DNA of 62,737 bases, counting the filler, from Polymyxa betae A26-41 (Eukaryota > Protista > Endomyxa: Phytomyxea), in NCBI GenBank assembly GCA_003693705.1. It is 7 parts of 7 records of this genome, joined end to end, with 100 filler letters (N's around TTAATTAATTAA, not from the genome) between each part and the next. Parts side by side here need not be neighbours in the genome. Positions count along the whole stretch, not along the records: positions 1 to 5,967 come from RBZT01000369.1; positions 6,068 to 28,314 come from RBZT01000570.1; 5 more parts are not named here. The stretch is one strand, 5' to 3'. Positions 1 to 11,688 of the stretch are shown piece after piece. Every line of letters begins with the position of its first letter. Position 1 is the stretch's first letter. The position numbers and the translations under genes are program-made. The notes beneath the pieces are model-generated. The model did not search any database, was not told where the DNA came from, and saw only the letters and a program-made list of their open reading frames with translations.

Positions 1-600
1 ATATCATAACCGAATTTTTCTTTTAACATTGTGAAAGCTGGCTGGATGACATAATCCAGGAAAATCGGGATTCCAACTTGTTTCTGGATTTGATAGGCGA
101 TCGAGATGCAGCTTCGCAGGCATTGAACGATCTCATCTAAACGGCAGAATGCCGGGAGTGGGTTCTCACGAAGACTGAAGCGATATTCACTCAAGTTTTG
201 CTCCACCAGAATCTTGGCGCAGATCAGCTTCGAAACGGCTTTGTAGATGGCGGCAAGGTCGTCGGCTTTAAATTTGTCATCGTTGATAATCTCCTGGAAC
301 TTGTCCATGAATCGTTTCACGAGCTCAGCCTCGTTTGCGATACTATCGCGATCGCGTTTGTCCGACCAACGAACAACATCAATAAAACAATTGGCGACCT
401 CTTCGAGCGTTTCGAGCAGCGATTGGATGCGTTCATCTTTCAGTATTTCATGAGCGTCGAAGGATCGCGGGATGGTTTCGACATCGTTATCTGCCCGGTT
501 ATCGACGCCAGCCCGAGAACTTGTGAAGAGATACGCAAAAACGAAGCAGCCAATTAAGAAGGAGAGGGCAACAGCAAATTTGAGGCGTGGACTTTGAAGA
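1..600 (-). CDS. Exon of a hypothetical alpha-helical protein, open at the left window edge
   Basis: Minus-strand frame with no stop from ~600 to base 1 (..SRAGVDNRADNDVETIPRSFDAHEILKDERIQSLLETLEEV..IPIFLDYVIQPAFTMLKEKFGYD). Plausible acceptor ctctcgcag at ~601. No family recognised. Confidence 0.5.
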
Positions 601-2049
601 CAGCTGCGAGAGGCCAACATGTTACGAATAGATTACTATTAGAGATGTTTGGATGAAACAAATATTCAATAATATGACGAACGTCCTTGGAGTGAATCTG
701 AATCAGACCGGAACCTTACAGGTTCTGAGATACTATTCCAGCAGAATGATCAAATATGGATTAATTTTTATCATTGAGGGTTTTGATTGGTATATTAAAG
801 ATTCGAGTCTTTGAGTAGGCAACTATCTTTGGATTCGAATAGTTTGTTTGTAACAACGGACGGTGCTGGATCCATAGCACAAGGCCCAAGGCATGCCGAT
901 CTGACTAGCGTGATGATCAGAGACTTTGGAAAAGACTCACAATTTATAGCTCTGAGATCCATATTGGAAGCCAGCTTTCAGATATGAATCTACGCAAAAA
1001 GCTTGTAGAGACGTCACAGCGAGATCACATTGGCTCAATTGGATAGCTTCAAAGTTGAACTATATTAAAACACGCATACTCCAAACTTCCTCTCGTGGCG
1101 AGTTTCCCATCGGTTCGGATAGGTATTTGTTGCGAGTTTGACAAACTAATGAATCGGGAGATAAAGCGCGAGACACTGCCACAAAGACTTTCGTTACCTT
1201 AACAGCTGCTGTTACAGCAGAATATAAAATCGAGCCAATGACAGATGGTGACTATTATTATCAATAACCGGACGCCACCGAAGACAACCCCCAATACAAA
1301 CAATCGGACGGCTTTTGGAGTGCCATGGTACGGTACCAAATCGGCAATGGGCGACATGGACGAATCCGGAGCCAGCTGCTGTTCCACCAGTAGACCGCCG
1401 CTACATAAAAAAACTTGAGTGTCACAGAACTCGTATGGATTGGCAGGTACGACCAACCAAGCAAGAACCACGAGATGCGAATGAATCATCACAGTTAGTA
1501 TGGACAACGTTGAAGCCATGGGTAGCAAATGTTCATACGACAAGGAATGTGAAGAAAAAAACGATCCCGAAGGACCTCGGAATCTTCACCAAAGTGCGTG
1601 ACGGCGATGATTGCCAGGGCTGCGCTTCTCAATCCGCTCCTTCGATTGTGTCGTGATAAGTGCGCCTCGAAACACTGATAGATTTGCCAGTTACATAAAA
1701 AGTGGCTTAAAGCCTTAAACTCAGAAAAATCGGCGCCGTTTTCGAAAACTTTTGCGAAATTGCGCGGAGGTCGCGCCCTTACAGACGATCCCATATCGCC
1801 TATAACAAGGCCACCCTCCTTGCAGACTTTTTATGAGGGTTGGTTAAGTAAAAAAAGAGGTAAATAAAAAAGAGGTTCATCAATTTTGCGTGGTTCGAAT
1901 GTCATCTATTGCGCGATCTCTTTTTTTGCGGCAATCTGATTGGCTAGATCTGTTGAAACTACATTTGTTATTGCCTGCAGCCCAAAGCTCTTTTAGATAT
2001 GCAATCCAAGTGTAGTATTGAAGCGAACGCTCTCTTGATTAAAAACAAG

Positions 2050-4612
2050 TATGGATTTTGACGACAGCTCCGAGAGGCCATCATGTTACGATTAGATCAC
2101 AACTTGCGACCACTTTCAAGATGAACCTCCAGTCGATCAATGGGCAAGTACGGCAGTTGGAACTGCCCGACGAGAAGCGAGGGACCTGGGAATGAATTGA
2201 AGGCGATGATTGCGCAAAGTCCGCCACGGTTCGGTACGGACTGTGATTCAAAAAATAAAAAAAAAAATAGATCCTCGAATATTTTTCGTATGATGCTCTG
2301 GGTATCAAAAGTTGGGTTTGGTGACGGAATTTGTGAAGACTTCTGAAATTGGGCCAGGTGATACTCTATGGCTGCGTCTTAGAGGATAACAAAATCTGGT
2401 TTGCAATAGTACCTATTTCGGTGAAGGATTGTAATAAAACAAAAATAGAATTTAGCAAACAAACTGAAACAAATATGTGATAGATAACAAGATGATCTAT
2501 TAATGCAAAGAAGGAAGTTATTGAAAAGAAAGTCGCTCAAACACGAGGATGAATCAAAACAGAATAGAAACGCCATTACCATACAATAGTACCATTCGTG
2601 TCGTTATTGAAGCAGTTTTCGGTCTGCTTGAGAAGGTCAAAAAGATTATCAGATGATTCGATTCGGTCATGCTATGGAGACTGATGAGATCGAGAAGCCG
2701 ATGAAGACGTCCAGTGCCGTCCAAAAACTGCAGATCGTCGAACTGGACACGTTTAATGAGAAAAGCACCAAATTCATCCAACGAAGTTAACAGCTGCAGA
2801 TCACAAGCTGAAAAGAGTTGCAGACGTAGAATCCCAACTAACAAGAGGATAGAGACTGGAAGACGAGAAACTTTGGTGAAAGAGCTGAGGCCAGAGGACC
2901 GGACGACTCGCTCATTCATGCAAGGCCAGAATGCAGAGGGCTGTATGCAGCGACACGACCCAGCCATCCGCCTGCCGGCGTCGTCGTCAGCCTGGATCGC
3001 TTGAGAGGTTTGCCCGCCAGAAGCACCGGAGATGTGAGATCGCTGACAAGGAGAACGCTGTGAACACGATACGGAATTGATCGGAAATGGGAATCTGTTT
3101 AAAAGCCGACGACGACCACATCACAGGCTGGAAGTGAAACTTTGATGATGAAGGTGTTTTGAACTGTTCGTTCTATTTACCACGAGACTCAATATACCGA
3201 GTTTTAACAGCGATTGATGCGGGAGGAGAAAACTTTGCCATTCGATGACAAACCAGAAGAATAATAGCTGCAATCGCCAAGCGAGATTTTGGATGGTCGG
3301 ATACAGAGATGTTTTTTTTATTTCAATACAGAATCGTATTGCAGATGGAAATGACGTGATTAAAGATATCATTGACAAGAAGCCAGTAAGCGCTCTCTGC
3401 TGGCAAAGGAATCTGACGGAAACGTCTCTCCATGGAGATGGCGAGCACCGGTGTATTCAACGACTTGGCAATGATAAAGATCTTGATATTGCGAGAAATG
3501 CTGAATATTGGAAGGGCTGGGTTATTTCGAGATGTCAAAAATGCACCTGGAAGCCTTTAAGACCACCTTGAATAACAATTCAGAAATCTGCCAATTTGAT
3601 ACCATGACCTGTCATAATCAAAAACCAGTATTCAGAGTGCGATTTGCAGTTTCAGCTCACGACGGGATGGTTTCCAGAACTGTTGTAGAAGCTAACGACC
3701 TTCCTGTTCATTTGTAGGAAGTACGATAAACAGGCGTGAAATAGAATGCATCTTGGTGTTCAGACCAATCTGGACGAGTCGCAATCTTGTTCTCGCATTC
3801 GAATAAGAAGATCAAGAATCGCCTGAGAGTGAAAGAGCTCTCGGATTTCGGTTATGAAAGAAATAGCCGAAGTATTCCCACTTGTCAAAAATCTCATATT
3901 GAACATCGCCAGAAGTGTTGAACCAGACGACATCAAACAGCTGACGAATGCTGATTCCAAACGCCTTAATACCGTCATCAATTGTACGGAAAACATCTGA
4001 GCTGTCCTTTGAGTCGATTGTTCATTGTGAGCAATCCATCTCGCACGACGAAATTTTCGTTTTCAAGATGAACGAGAAGCGCTGCGACCCTGTAAAGTGT
4101 AAAGTGCTGTCCCAATGAAACAACGAAATCATGGAATTTAGAGTCCAGATTTCGTATGAAAAACCATAGAAGCAGCAAAATGCAGAAGATCTTCAAGAGT
4201 AAAAATTGAAATCACCTCGAAATCACAGAACGGGAACAGTGAGTTCGTGATATCACGACTATACAGACCGACGAACGTATCAGTGGAATCCCAGATAGAC
4301 TTTCAAACATCGCGAGATCACGTTGGTCATGACTCAGAAGGCCCGACATTGTGTTCATGTGGTCGCGGGACAAGATATTTTCGTGTGATCGTTGCTCGGA
4401 TTAAGATGCTTATGCAGATGGCGTTGAATTTGAAGCGCCCGACGACAACACGCTGGAATCGGTCAACATGTTTAGAGATCAATTTAAAATGAAACGATTG
4501 ACGAACAGATCGATATGTTGTATAAAATGATTACGGAGGTGGATCCTGATAGCAGCTGAAGGAAATAGAACAGTAATAAAAAAAACGGGCTGGCTGGACC
4601 ACTCTCCTTCAT
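2050..4612 (-). pseudogene. Decayed paralog of the dual Cache-like membrane sensor gene at 58901-61518
   Basis: Fragments occur in the same order as in the contig-7 protein: TM LFYFLQLL (cf. IFLLQLLLL), QDAFYFTPV, GNHPVV..ETANRTLNTGF (cf. NGHPSLLESSVGVFRTGYF), FTKVSRLPVSI (cf. VVKIMASPISS), LIVT*WPL (cf. LGLTYWPM). Multiple stops and frameshifts. Confidence 0.5.
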
Positions 4613-4920
4613 GAGCGAATCCGTCTCAGCATTGATCTGATCAGCAAGTCAGCATTAAAAAAAATATAACAAAAAAATAACAAAATAGATCATTCATTAT
4701 GTGACGATGAAAGAAGAAAAATTCCAAAAAAAGACCATTTTGTCGATGAAAGAAGAAAAATTCCAAAAAAAGGACCATTCATTTATCACGATGAAAGGAT
4801 TCTCCACGCTCGAAGACAGCAATAATTAATAACAGTGTGTTCCGTTTTTATTGACAACAATTAAAATATCATCGTTCCAATGGAATCCGTCCGTATTTAG
4901 ATTAGAAAACAGAAAGAAGA

Positions 4921-5967
4921 TTACAGAGAGCCTCGCGGCAGTGAGTTAAGCACCCATCGAACATGCTCTTCAGAAACACCATCATGCGGAGATCCGCCAT
5001 GCATCTCTCGAACATACTCTTCAGACAAACCTGCAGACTGACGACACTTCCTGTAATGATTATCGAGAAAGAACGGAAGACCTGGGCCCCATTGTTGTCC
5101 AGCAAATTGCCTGAAAAATTCACCATTCGTTCGTTTTCCCTCTCTCACAGCTTGCTCTTCCCGATATTGGGTCAGTCTGCGCTCCCAGAGATCGCTTTTG
5201 ACGCCCGGACGAAGGCCAGTCCAATTCTCAAGCGCTTCGGGGAAAGCCACCAGCAATTCGCAAAGTTGTACTCGTCGTGCAAAATACCCATCTTGAAAAA
5301 TGATACGTTTGCCGGTAGAAACCATCTGAAAAACTTCTGCAGCCTGACCACCGAAACGAAACGCATTGATGGCTTCAGGCTCAATCTGGTGCTGAACCGA
5401 TTGAATTTTTGAAGACAGGGCTGCGTCGAGCTGAGCTCCGACATCCAGAATCCGACGAATGCAATCGCGGGCTTCCTGCAAGCTGGAGGGATGTTTGGTG
5501 CGATCCACGTTGAAGTCTGGCCAGTGGGCGTCAACGATGAAATCAAAAAGTTCCCGGTATTTGCGAAGATGCAGTGAGCTGTCATCGACCTTATCGGGGA
5601 ACGCGATCTGGTTCGCTTCTCGGGATGCCGCTAGGAGATCGCTCGTTAGTTGCGGCGACGAACCACGACCGGTAACAAACAGGATCTGGTTGACCCGGGG
5701 TCGTTGCTGGAAAACTTGATCAAAGACTTGATGCAGGAACTCGACATTTCCTAAATAAAGTTCTTTGGCACGATCAAGATCGCATTTGCTGAATACGAAA
5801 TGGATGTTGGACGCAATCTGCGAGCCATAACGCATAGACAACAGACGCAGATTGGCAGCTAACATTGGCCACTGTTGCTCGGAGAGCTCGACTACAATGT
5901 ATATCCGTTTCAACGGGGCTCTTGAGCGTTTGGCCAGCAAATAAGCTTCATCGATTGATCGGAGAAC
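4921..5967 (-). CDS. C-terminal part of a P-loop GTPase-like protein, 5' end lost at the contig break
   Basis: Open frame of at least 339 aa. LKRIYIVV strand followed by IHFVFSKCD, a G4-like (N/T/S)KxD motif. G1 and G3 would lie beyond the gap. Confidence 0.55.
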   Translation of the reverse strand, partial: VLRSIDEAYLLAKRSRAPLKRIYIVVELSEQQWPMLAANLRLLSMRYGSQIASNIHFVFSKCDLDRAKELYLGNVEFLHQVFDQVFQQRPRVNQILFVTGRGSSPQLTSDLLAASREANQIAFPDKVDDSSLHLRKYRELFDFIVDAHWPDFNVDRTKHPSSLQEARDCIRRILDVGAQLDAALSSKIQSVQHQIEPEAINAFRFGGQAAEVFQMVSTGKRIIFQDGYFARRVQLCELLVAFPEALENWTGLRPGVKSDLWERRLTQYREEQAVREGKRTNGEFFRQFAGQQWGPGLPFFLDNHYRKCRQSAGLSEEYVREMHGGSPHDGVSEEHVRWVLNSLPRGSL

Positions 5968-6067
5968 NNNNNNNNNNNNNNNNNNNNNNNNNNNNNNNNN
6001 NNNNNNNNNNNTTAATTAATTAANNNNNNNNNNNNNNNNNNNNNNNNNNNNNNNNNNNNNNNNNNNN
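5968..6067. other. Artificial contig spacer
   Basis: 100 nt of N with a central TTAATTAATTAA, which gives stops in all six frames. Confidence 0.98.
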
Positions 6068-6372
6068 AGCGCGACGGTCTCGCGGTCGTACCGCACTTGG
6101 ACGGCAACGATACGGACCAGGTCGCGGATCACGTAGTCCGAGATCGGGGGCGGTTCGACGAGGGCCTGTACGACCTGGGGACGGCCCAGAAGAAGCAGGC
6201 GGCGGCAGGTCAGAATGAAATGTCCCAAGTCCGTGACGGAGATGCCGGCCACGATCACGGCCAGAATCTCATCCGGGAGACGATCGAACCCGCATTCGGG
6301 CTCTGCCGGGGAGGCCGCCGCCCCCCGGGCCAGTACGGCTGCAGCAATCAGGACCACGATCTGAACGAGCAT
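6068..6372 (-). CDS. Signal peptide + F-box protein (candidate secreted effector), 3' end truncated by the gap
   Basis: Signal peptide MLVQIVVLIAAAVLARGAAA/S followed by FDRLPDEILAVIVAGISVTDLGHFILTCRRL, which matches the F-box pattern LP.EIL..I...L...DL......CRR. Confidence 0.8.
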
Positions 6373-6699
6373 TATGGTGGAAATGGAGAATGACGTCTCA
6401 TATTGTTCGAGTCACGGACCTGGGATCTCCTTAGTGCGTTTTGACGCACTTTTTTACAAGTTGCTGCGAAAAATACTGCGTCTGTACTGGAGCTGAAACA
6501 GAGAGTTTGAAGATGTGGATCCCAGTCATTAAATGTCAAAGTCGAAGCTGAGTGTGCTTCCGAGCCCTAAAACCCTACCAGGAGCGGATTCATCAGCTAT
6601 CATTGGGCTCATATCAGCTCCATATTGGCATCCTTATGAACAGTGTCTTCCCAGATTCACCCCCGAGTTTGTATGACAGGTTTTCTCCTAGAGAGGCTG

Positions 6700-8500
6700 C
6701 TGCCAAAAACAAACCGAGTTTACACTGAGCTCAGGGTAGTCATACAGACTTGGAGGCAATTTACGGAGAAGTCTTCTCTGATCTGAACAGCTCAAACTAA
6801 CGGAAACGCTCGCGAATGAAGAATCATTTGAGCGTTTATTGAATTGAGCTTACAAGATACGTTAGCTGCGTAAATGTTTTCCAGTTCGGAGAGTCGAGCG
6901 AATTTAAAGACTTGGCTGTAGTTAGCTGAAATTGCACTCGATTTGATCTAGCTGTTGATTCCGTTCTGTGGCGAAATTCGAAAACTCCCGATAATACTAA
7001 TCAGTGTCCACTATCATTACGTTCGATAAAACGGATTTCAACAGCACCTATTTATAAGCATCAAATATCGTTGGCGTTAACAGTACAATTTTATACGCCA
7101 CTGTGCGAGCCTCGAAGAGGCGATCCCATTTGCTGCATTTGGAAAGTATTTTACTATTCGCTGATACCATTAAGTCGGAAGAATCTGATAGGCGAACAAA
7201 GAGCTCAATAATCCGGTTAGGGTTTCCGGGCTCGTATGTCGATATGTAACGTCACCTTTGGAGAGTGGGTTGCGCCTCCATCAACGTGAGTAGGGAATTC
7301 GAGAACCGCAACACAGTGACATTGCACATAATAAATTCCGGCGCGCAGATTTTTTTTTGTACAGTACCGGTACTGAGCTCATTGGAGAGGGATTCATACT
7401 TTGATTAAAATTCTACTCATTAGCCAAGTTCGCAATCCTATGCCTGACGACAAGGCTCTCGGTTTCGTACAGAAGCTGCTCTGGCAAGACCAGACCAACG
7501 AAAGTATCATTTAGGGTTTAGGGTCACAGAATGGATCACCACTTCCTTACCTGCAAGCCAGATCGATCTCGGCAACCAGTCCGACTCCGCCAAATATCGG
7601 ACACTTTTCCATGCAGTTCTCCAGGTAGCGAACCTTTTCCCGATTACAAGAGCCAACATGTTTTGTGTCGCTTTTGTATCTTCGGGCACAGCGCACTCTG
7701 ATTGACCCTTGGCTAAACCAAATATATATTTAATGAAATTTATCTCGTTCTGATCGAAGGAAATTTTGAGAGCTTATGCTTTCAGTTTTAGTCGAGGGTT
7801 CGACGAGCTAACCGACGAAACGATTTGACATTCGGTTGATTGTATGGTCCTCACTCATCTTCGACTTTAACGCTGACGAATTCTGAGGGCGTTTTCGTTT
7901 GCGAAGTTGATTAGAATTCTGCAATGCGAGAATTTCGTTCTCTTTGAAATTGGTTTCATTGCATCCGGAGATTAAACTATTTTCTTCTTCGACGTTTTCA
8001 CGGTCCTGCTTATCGTAGACTTATTTATTATATTCTCAGGTGCTGAAAGAGTAAGTTACTTCCAAAAGCTGAACATGTGGAATAATTCCATCCCGCAGCA
8101 AACCGAGAGGAATAAATTATTCCTGAAGCATTTTCCAGGAAATAAATAGTGAAGATTTATTTCGGCATCCCTGCAGTGCACATCGACCAGAACTTGGTCG
8201 TAGGTTGCAATCCAACGTAAATACAATATTTACGGGAGCTCCTGTTTCCAAATTGATTGGTTTACGTGCGTTCGGATCCATTGCAGCTGGATACGCTGTC
8301 ACAATTACTTTTGTGAGAGCAGGATTGCCGGTTTTGGTACGCGAGCCTCCGTTACGACGGCGACTATTCTCGGCAACCTTCGATAGTTGGAGCCTCTCCA
8401 GCTGATCCGTTTTGTTTGCTGAAGCCCTTGTGAAGCCTCATTGCAATTGGTAGCGCATTGGCCTTCGGCCTCTCGACAAAATCGGCAAAACATGAGCGAA
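6700..8500 (-). pseudogene. Degraded intron-containing gene of unknown function
   Basis: Clear intron 7481-7550 (gtaagg..ttgccag) and a probable intron 7204-7255. No long intact ORF. Boundaries approximate. Confidence 0.3.
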
Positions 8501-8664
8501 AGTCACTCTCTCGAGGTAGCTCCCTTTCACAAAAATCTGCGCGACGGAATTTATTCTGTGCAAGTCACTGTATTGCGGTTCTCGTATTCCGTACGTGAGG
8601 TTGCCTGGAGCGCAGCCCATCTATCGACTTCAGGATAGATAAGTTTCCCGCTCTCAAATCGTGC

Positions 8665-9171
8665 ATGATGATGATGCCGTTTTCTCTGCATGCTGCCTGT
8701 CTGGCGGTGGTCATCGTCATCACCACCGACGCCGCCGTCCTCTCCGAACTCGATCCGGATACTCCCATATCGAGTAGCCCTTCTCCGGCGATCTCCAATT
8801 GCGCCAATTGCCTCCAGCCAACCTCTGCGATTCTCAACTGCTTCAACCATCATACGCTATGTCCTAATCGTATCCGTTTCGATGAAGATTATTTCGCCTG
8901 TTCTATCTGCAGAATGAATACTGCAGGAGGTTTGAATTTTATTCGTTTCGCTTTTACCGATGTGATCATTATCTGGTCTCTGATCATGATAATGTGTATT
9001 GTTACAGCTACTCTCTTCGCCATCATAGCTATCGTTACTACGCTAGGGGTTTGTGTCGTGATTGGATTGATGGCGTTACACTGGGGGTGGCCTTCTGCTG
9101 TTTCATTCCTAATGCGGCAACTGCAACGTTTCCTATCCGCTCCTACTCGCTGCTCAATTCCATCTCTATGA
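8665..9171 (+). CDS. Signal peptide + degenerate RING-like Zn finger + transmembrane protein
   Basis: Hydrophobic N-terminus, then CANC-x9-CFNHHTLCPNR-x9-CSIC with one expected Cys replaced by Arg, then long hydrophobic helices. Hydrophobic coding potential continues past the stop, so the gene may be decaying. Confidence 0.55.
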   Translation: MMMMPFSLHAACLAVVIVITTDAAVLSELDPDTPISSSPSPAISNCANCLQPTSAILNCFNHHTLCPNRIRFDEDYFACSICRMNTAGGLNFIRFAFTDVIIIWSLIMIMCIVTATLFAIIAIVTTLGVCVVIGLMALHWGWPSAVSFLMRQLQRFLSAPTRCSIPSL

Positions 9172-10172
9172 TATTCAACGTTCTATAAGGGCTTACATAT
9201 GCTATGTGGGCCTATCATTTCCATTATAAGCTGTTATGTTTATTACACTTCTTTACATTACCATGCAGCCCGCTACCTGTCCGGATCGTTGATCTTATGA
9301 TCTGTACTTTCCTTTAATACAATCAGTTCCGAATCGATTGGTTATTGGCCCGATAGGATCTCGATATGAGCTTATCGTTTTGATATGAAAATTTCACATT
9401 TTGTTTGAGCTTACCTATCGGTACTCATTTTTCATGGCAATTCCATATAAGCTAATACAGTCGCTATGATGATCTATTTGAATATTGTTATGTGCGACCT
9501 GCTGTGTTTCTTCGGCGAAACGCCAAAACTGGTTGAAGAAAGATGAATGCTACAAAACTCATTTTGATTTTGGCCACTGATCGTAGGTCGGAGTAGTTGG
9601 ATGGCGAACACTCGTCCGCATCATGTCAGACAAGAGACAGCGCGACGATTCTGTGGACTGTCCAAGTCCGGACTCTGTGACAATGAATTTGACGCAGCAG
9701 AACCATATCGAACCTTCCCAGGGCCAAACAACTTCTCAAATGACAGATAAATCCTAATAGAAACCCTAATTTACAACAATAACCCTAACCAAAATGAAAT
9801 TATTCACCATCATGAAATAATCTCCAATAAATCGCTGCTGAAAGAAATTTTGCCAAATCTGTCTCTCTACTCCACGCCCTAACCTTACCTGGTAAATTTG
9901 GATTTCCTTTTCTTTTGCTAATCCCTATTCGTCCGTCCATTTAATTCTAAATCTGGTTTTCTTTTCTAGTAACAAACACCGATTCTTTCCTTCTTCAAAT
10001 CTTTCTCCAAATTCTTTCCTCCGCGGTTTCAAAGGTCTCAACGAATCTTGATATCTATACTCCATTCACATTTTTAAATCTGTACGTATTCTCTTATGGT
10101 ACGTTATTGTAATTCTCTAAAGTCCCTTCAGATCAAGCGAATTCTCACCCAATCTCCAAAAATTCCAATTAA

Positions 10173-10970
10173 TTAACCAAAACCCATCCAAGACGTCGTC
10201 CATATTTCGTCATCTTTATCGCCATAGCTACTGCAGAAGCGAAGCATCAATGCCCTCAACGGGGCAAAAGAAGCTTGCATAAGCTTTAGCTTTGAAAGAA
10301 GCGATAATACTAACTGATTACATCTGACATTTAAACAGCAAGAACTGACGGGCATATATGAATGAAAGGCAAATTGTTTATCAGACAATTTCAGATAATA
10401 CACGACAATGTGATGGAGTGCATCATTAACAGCATCGCTTAACAGTATATAATGAACAAAGCGATAGACCGGGAAAATTTCGGCTTCTCGGAAAGCGTTT
10501 GAAGTTAATGACGAATCTGTTCGAGCGCGGCAGAAAACCCCTTTCATCAATGTGAATGAATTCCCAATCGGTAGCATTCGAGAAAACACCGCAGACACTT
10601 TTCGTTGCTTTGTTGGCATCCACCCGCGACTTGTAAAGAGTAGCTGTCTCGGAAACACATTGTCAAAAATCACTTTTTAAAACAAAGTAAATTTCAATAA
10701 TGACAAGAAGAAAAGTCAGTTACCTTTTGCATCAGATCGGAAGGTATCTGTGCGGCGGCTATCTGAGCAAGACGGACCGAGCGCGGAGTCTGGCCGTGCT
10801 TCCCACGGACGGGTTTCCGAATATAAATATCCATGTCTTTACCAAAACCTACAGTGTAGTCTGTCTTGAGTTTGCGCTTCTTGGCCCCATTTTTCGAAGT
10901 CATCAGTGCATAGTGTCGTAAAAATTTGTATTTTGTGCCTGATCGCACCATACAGTAAGATGGCGCTTGA
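10173..10970 (-). mobile_element. Unclassified decayed element, possibly a DDE transposase remnant
   Basis: Frameshifted ORF pieces including FIHIDE. Abuts the truncated GT-A pseudogene. Confidence 0.25.
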
Positions 10971-11089
10971 TAATCTCCCAGAACTTGGCGAATTCCAGAA
11001 CGATCCAGCACCGCGATCACACTATCGACGTCGATTTTGTCGGCATCATATCAACGGCAATAACGAGCTCGGAGAAGATTCAAAGCACG

Positions 11090-11365
11090 CCGTCGTTTGT
11101 AGTGGTAACGTAACCAATATCGTCGGTTTTGTGTTACACGTTGGGGTACTGGGGCGTTACAGAACGTCCTGAGAAGGCCCCGTATAATCTCTGTCCCTAT
11201 GTCGATGTGATACATCACCAGGCGTCTCGGAGGCCGCACCACTGGCAGGATTCGGATCAACCATCCGGATAATTAACAAAGCAGCTGGAATCATATTCAA
11301 CATGAGGTCTGTGATATGGAAGCGCTCGAGAAACGATACCCCAAGTTTTCATATCAACGAAAATC
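11090..11365 (+). pseudogene. 3' fragment of a paralog of the GT-A-like gene at 15823-16836
   Basis: Encodes GNVTNIVGFVLH..YWG..KAPYNLCPYVDVIHHQASR..TGRIRINHPDN*QSSWNHIQHEVCDMEALEKRYPKFSYQRK, close to the C-terminus of 15823-16836, with deletions and a stop. Confidence 0.9.
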
Positions 11366-11688
11366 ATATGCAATTTAGGGTTTAAGGTTTTCGAATCGAC
11401 ATACTGATCATGATAAGGATTGCTTTCCTGATCATGAAAAACATTCGTAGGCTGAATTCGAACCAATGTAGGAACTCTTATTGTTTGAAGAGAGCAAAAT
11501 AACTCCGAGCCTCTTTCAATCATTGAACAGCATATGGCGGCCTCTTTTACTCATTGAGCAGCGTAAATGGCGGCCTCTTCCGCTCTTTAAGCAGCGTAGA
11601 GAAGCCAGACCAGATGCAAACCGATTTCTGACAAGAGAGGTTGAAAATTTTGACGATTTTTGTATGAAAATTTACAATTTTGTCGTGC

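Noticed and set aside
1199-1794. Hydrophobic ORF fragments
   Set aside because: No consistent gene model or family could be built.
6012-6023. TTAATTAATTAA palindrome repeated six times
   Set aside because: Always centred in 100-nt N spacers, so it is an artificial six-frame-stop linker. Adjacency across spacers has no biological meaning.
7510-7524. Telomere-type repeats as true chromosome ends
   Set aside because: Only 1-3 units, internal, and in both orientations.
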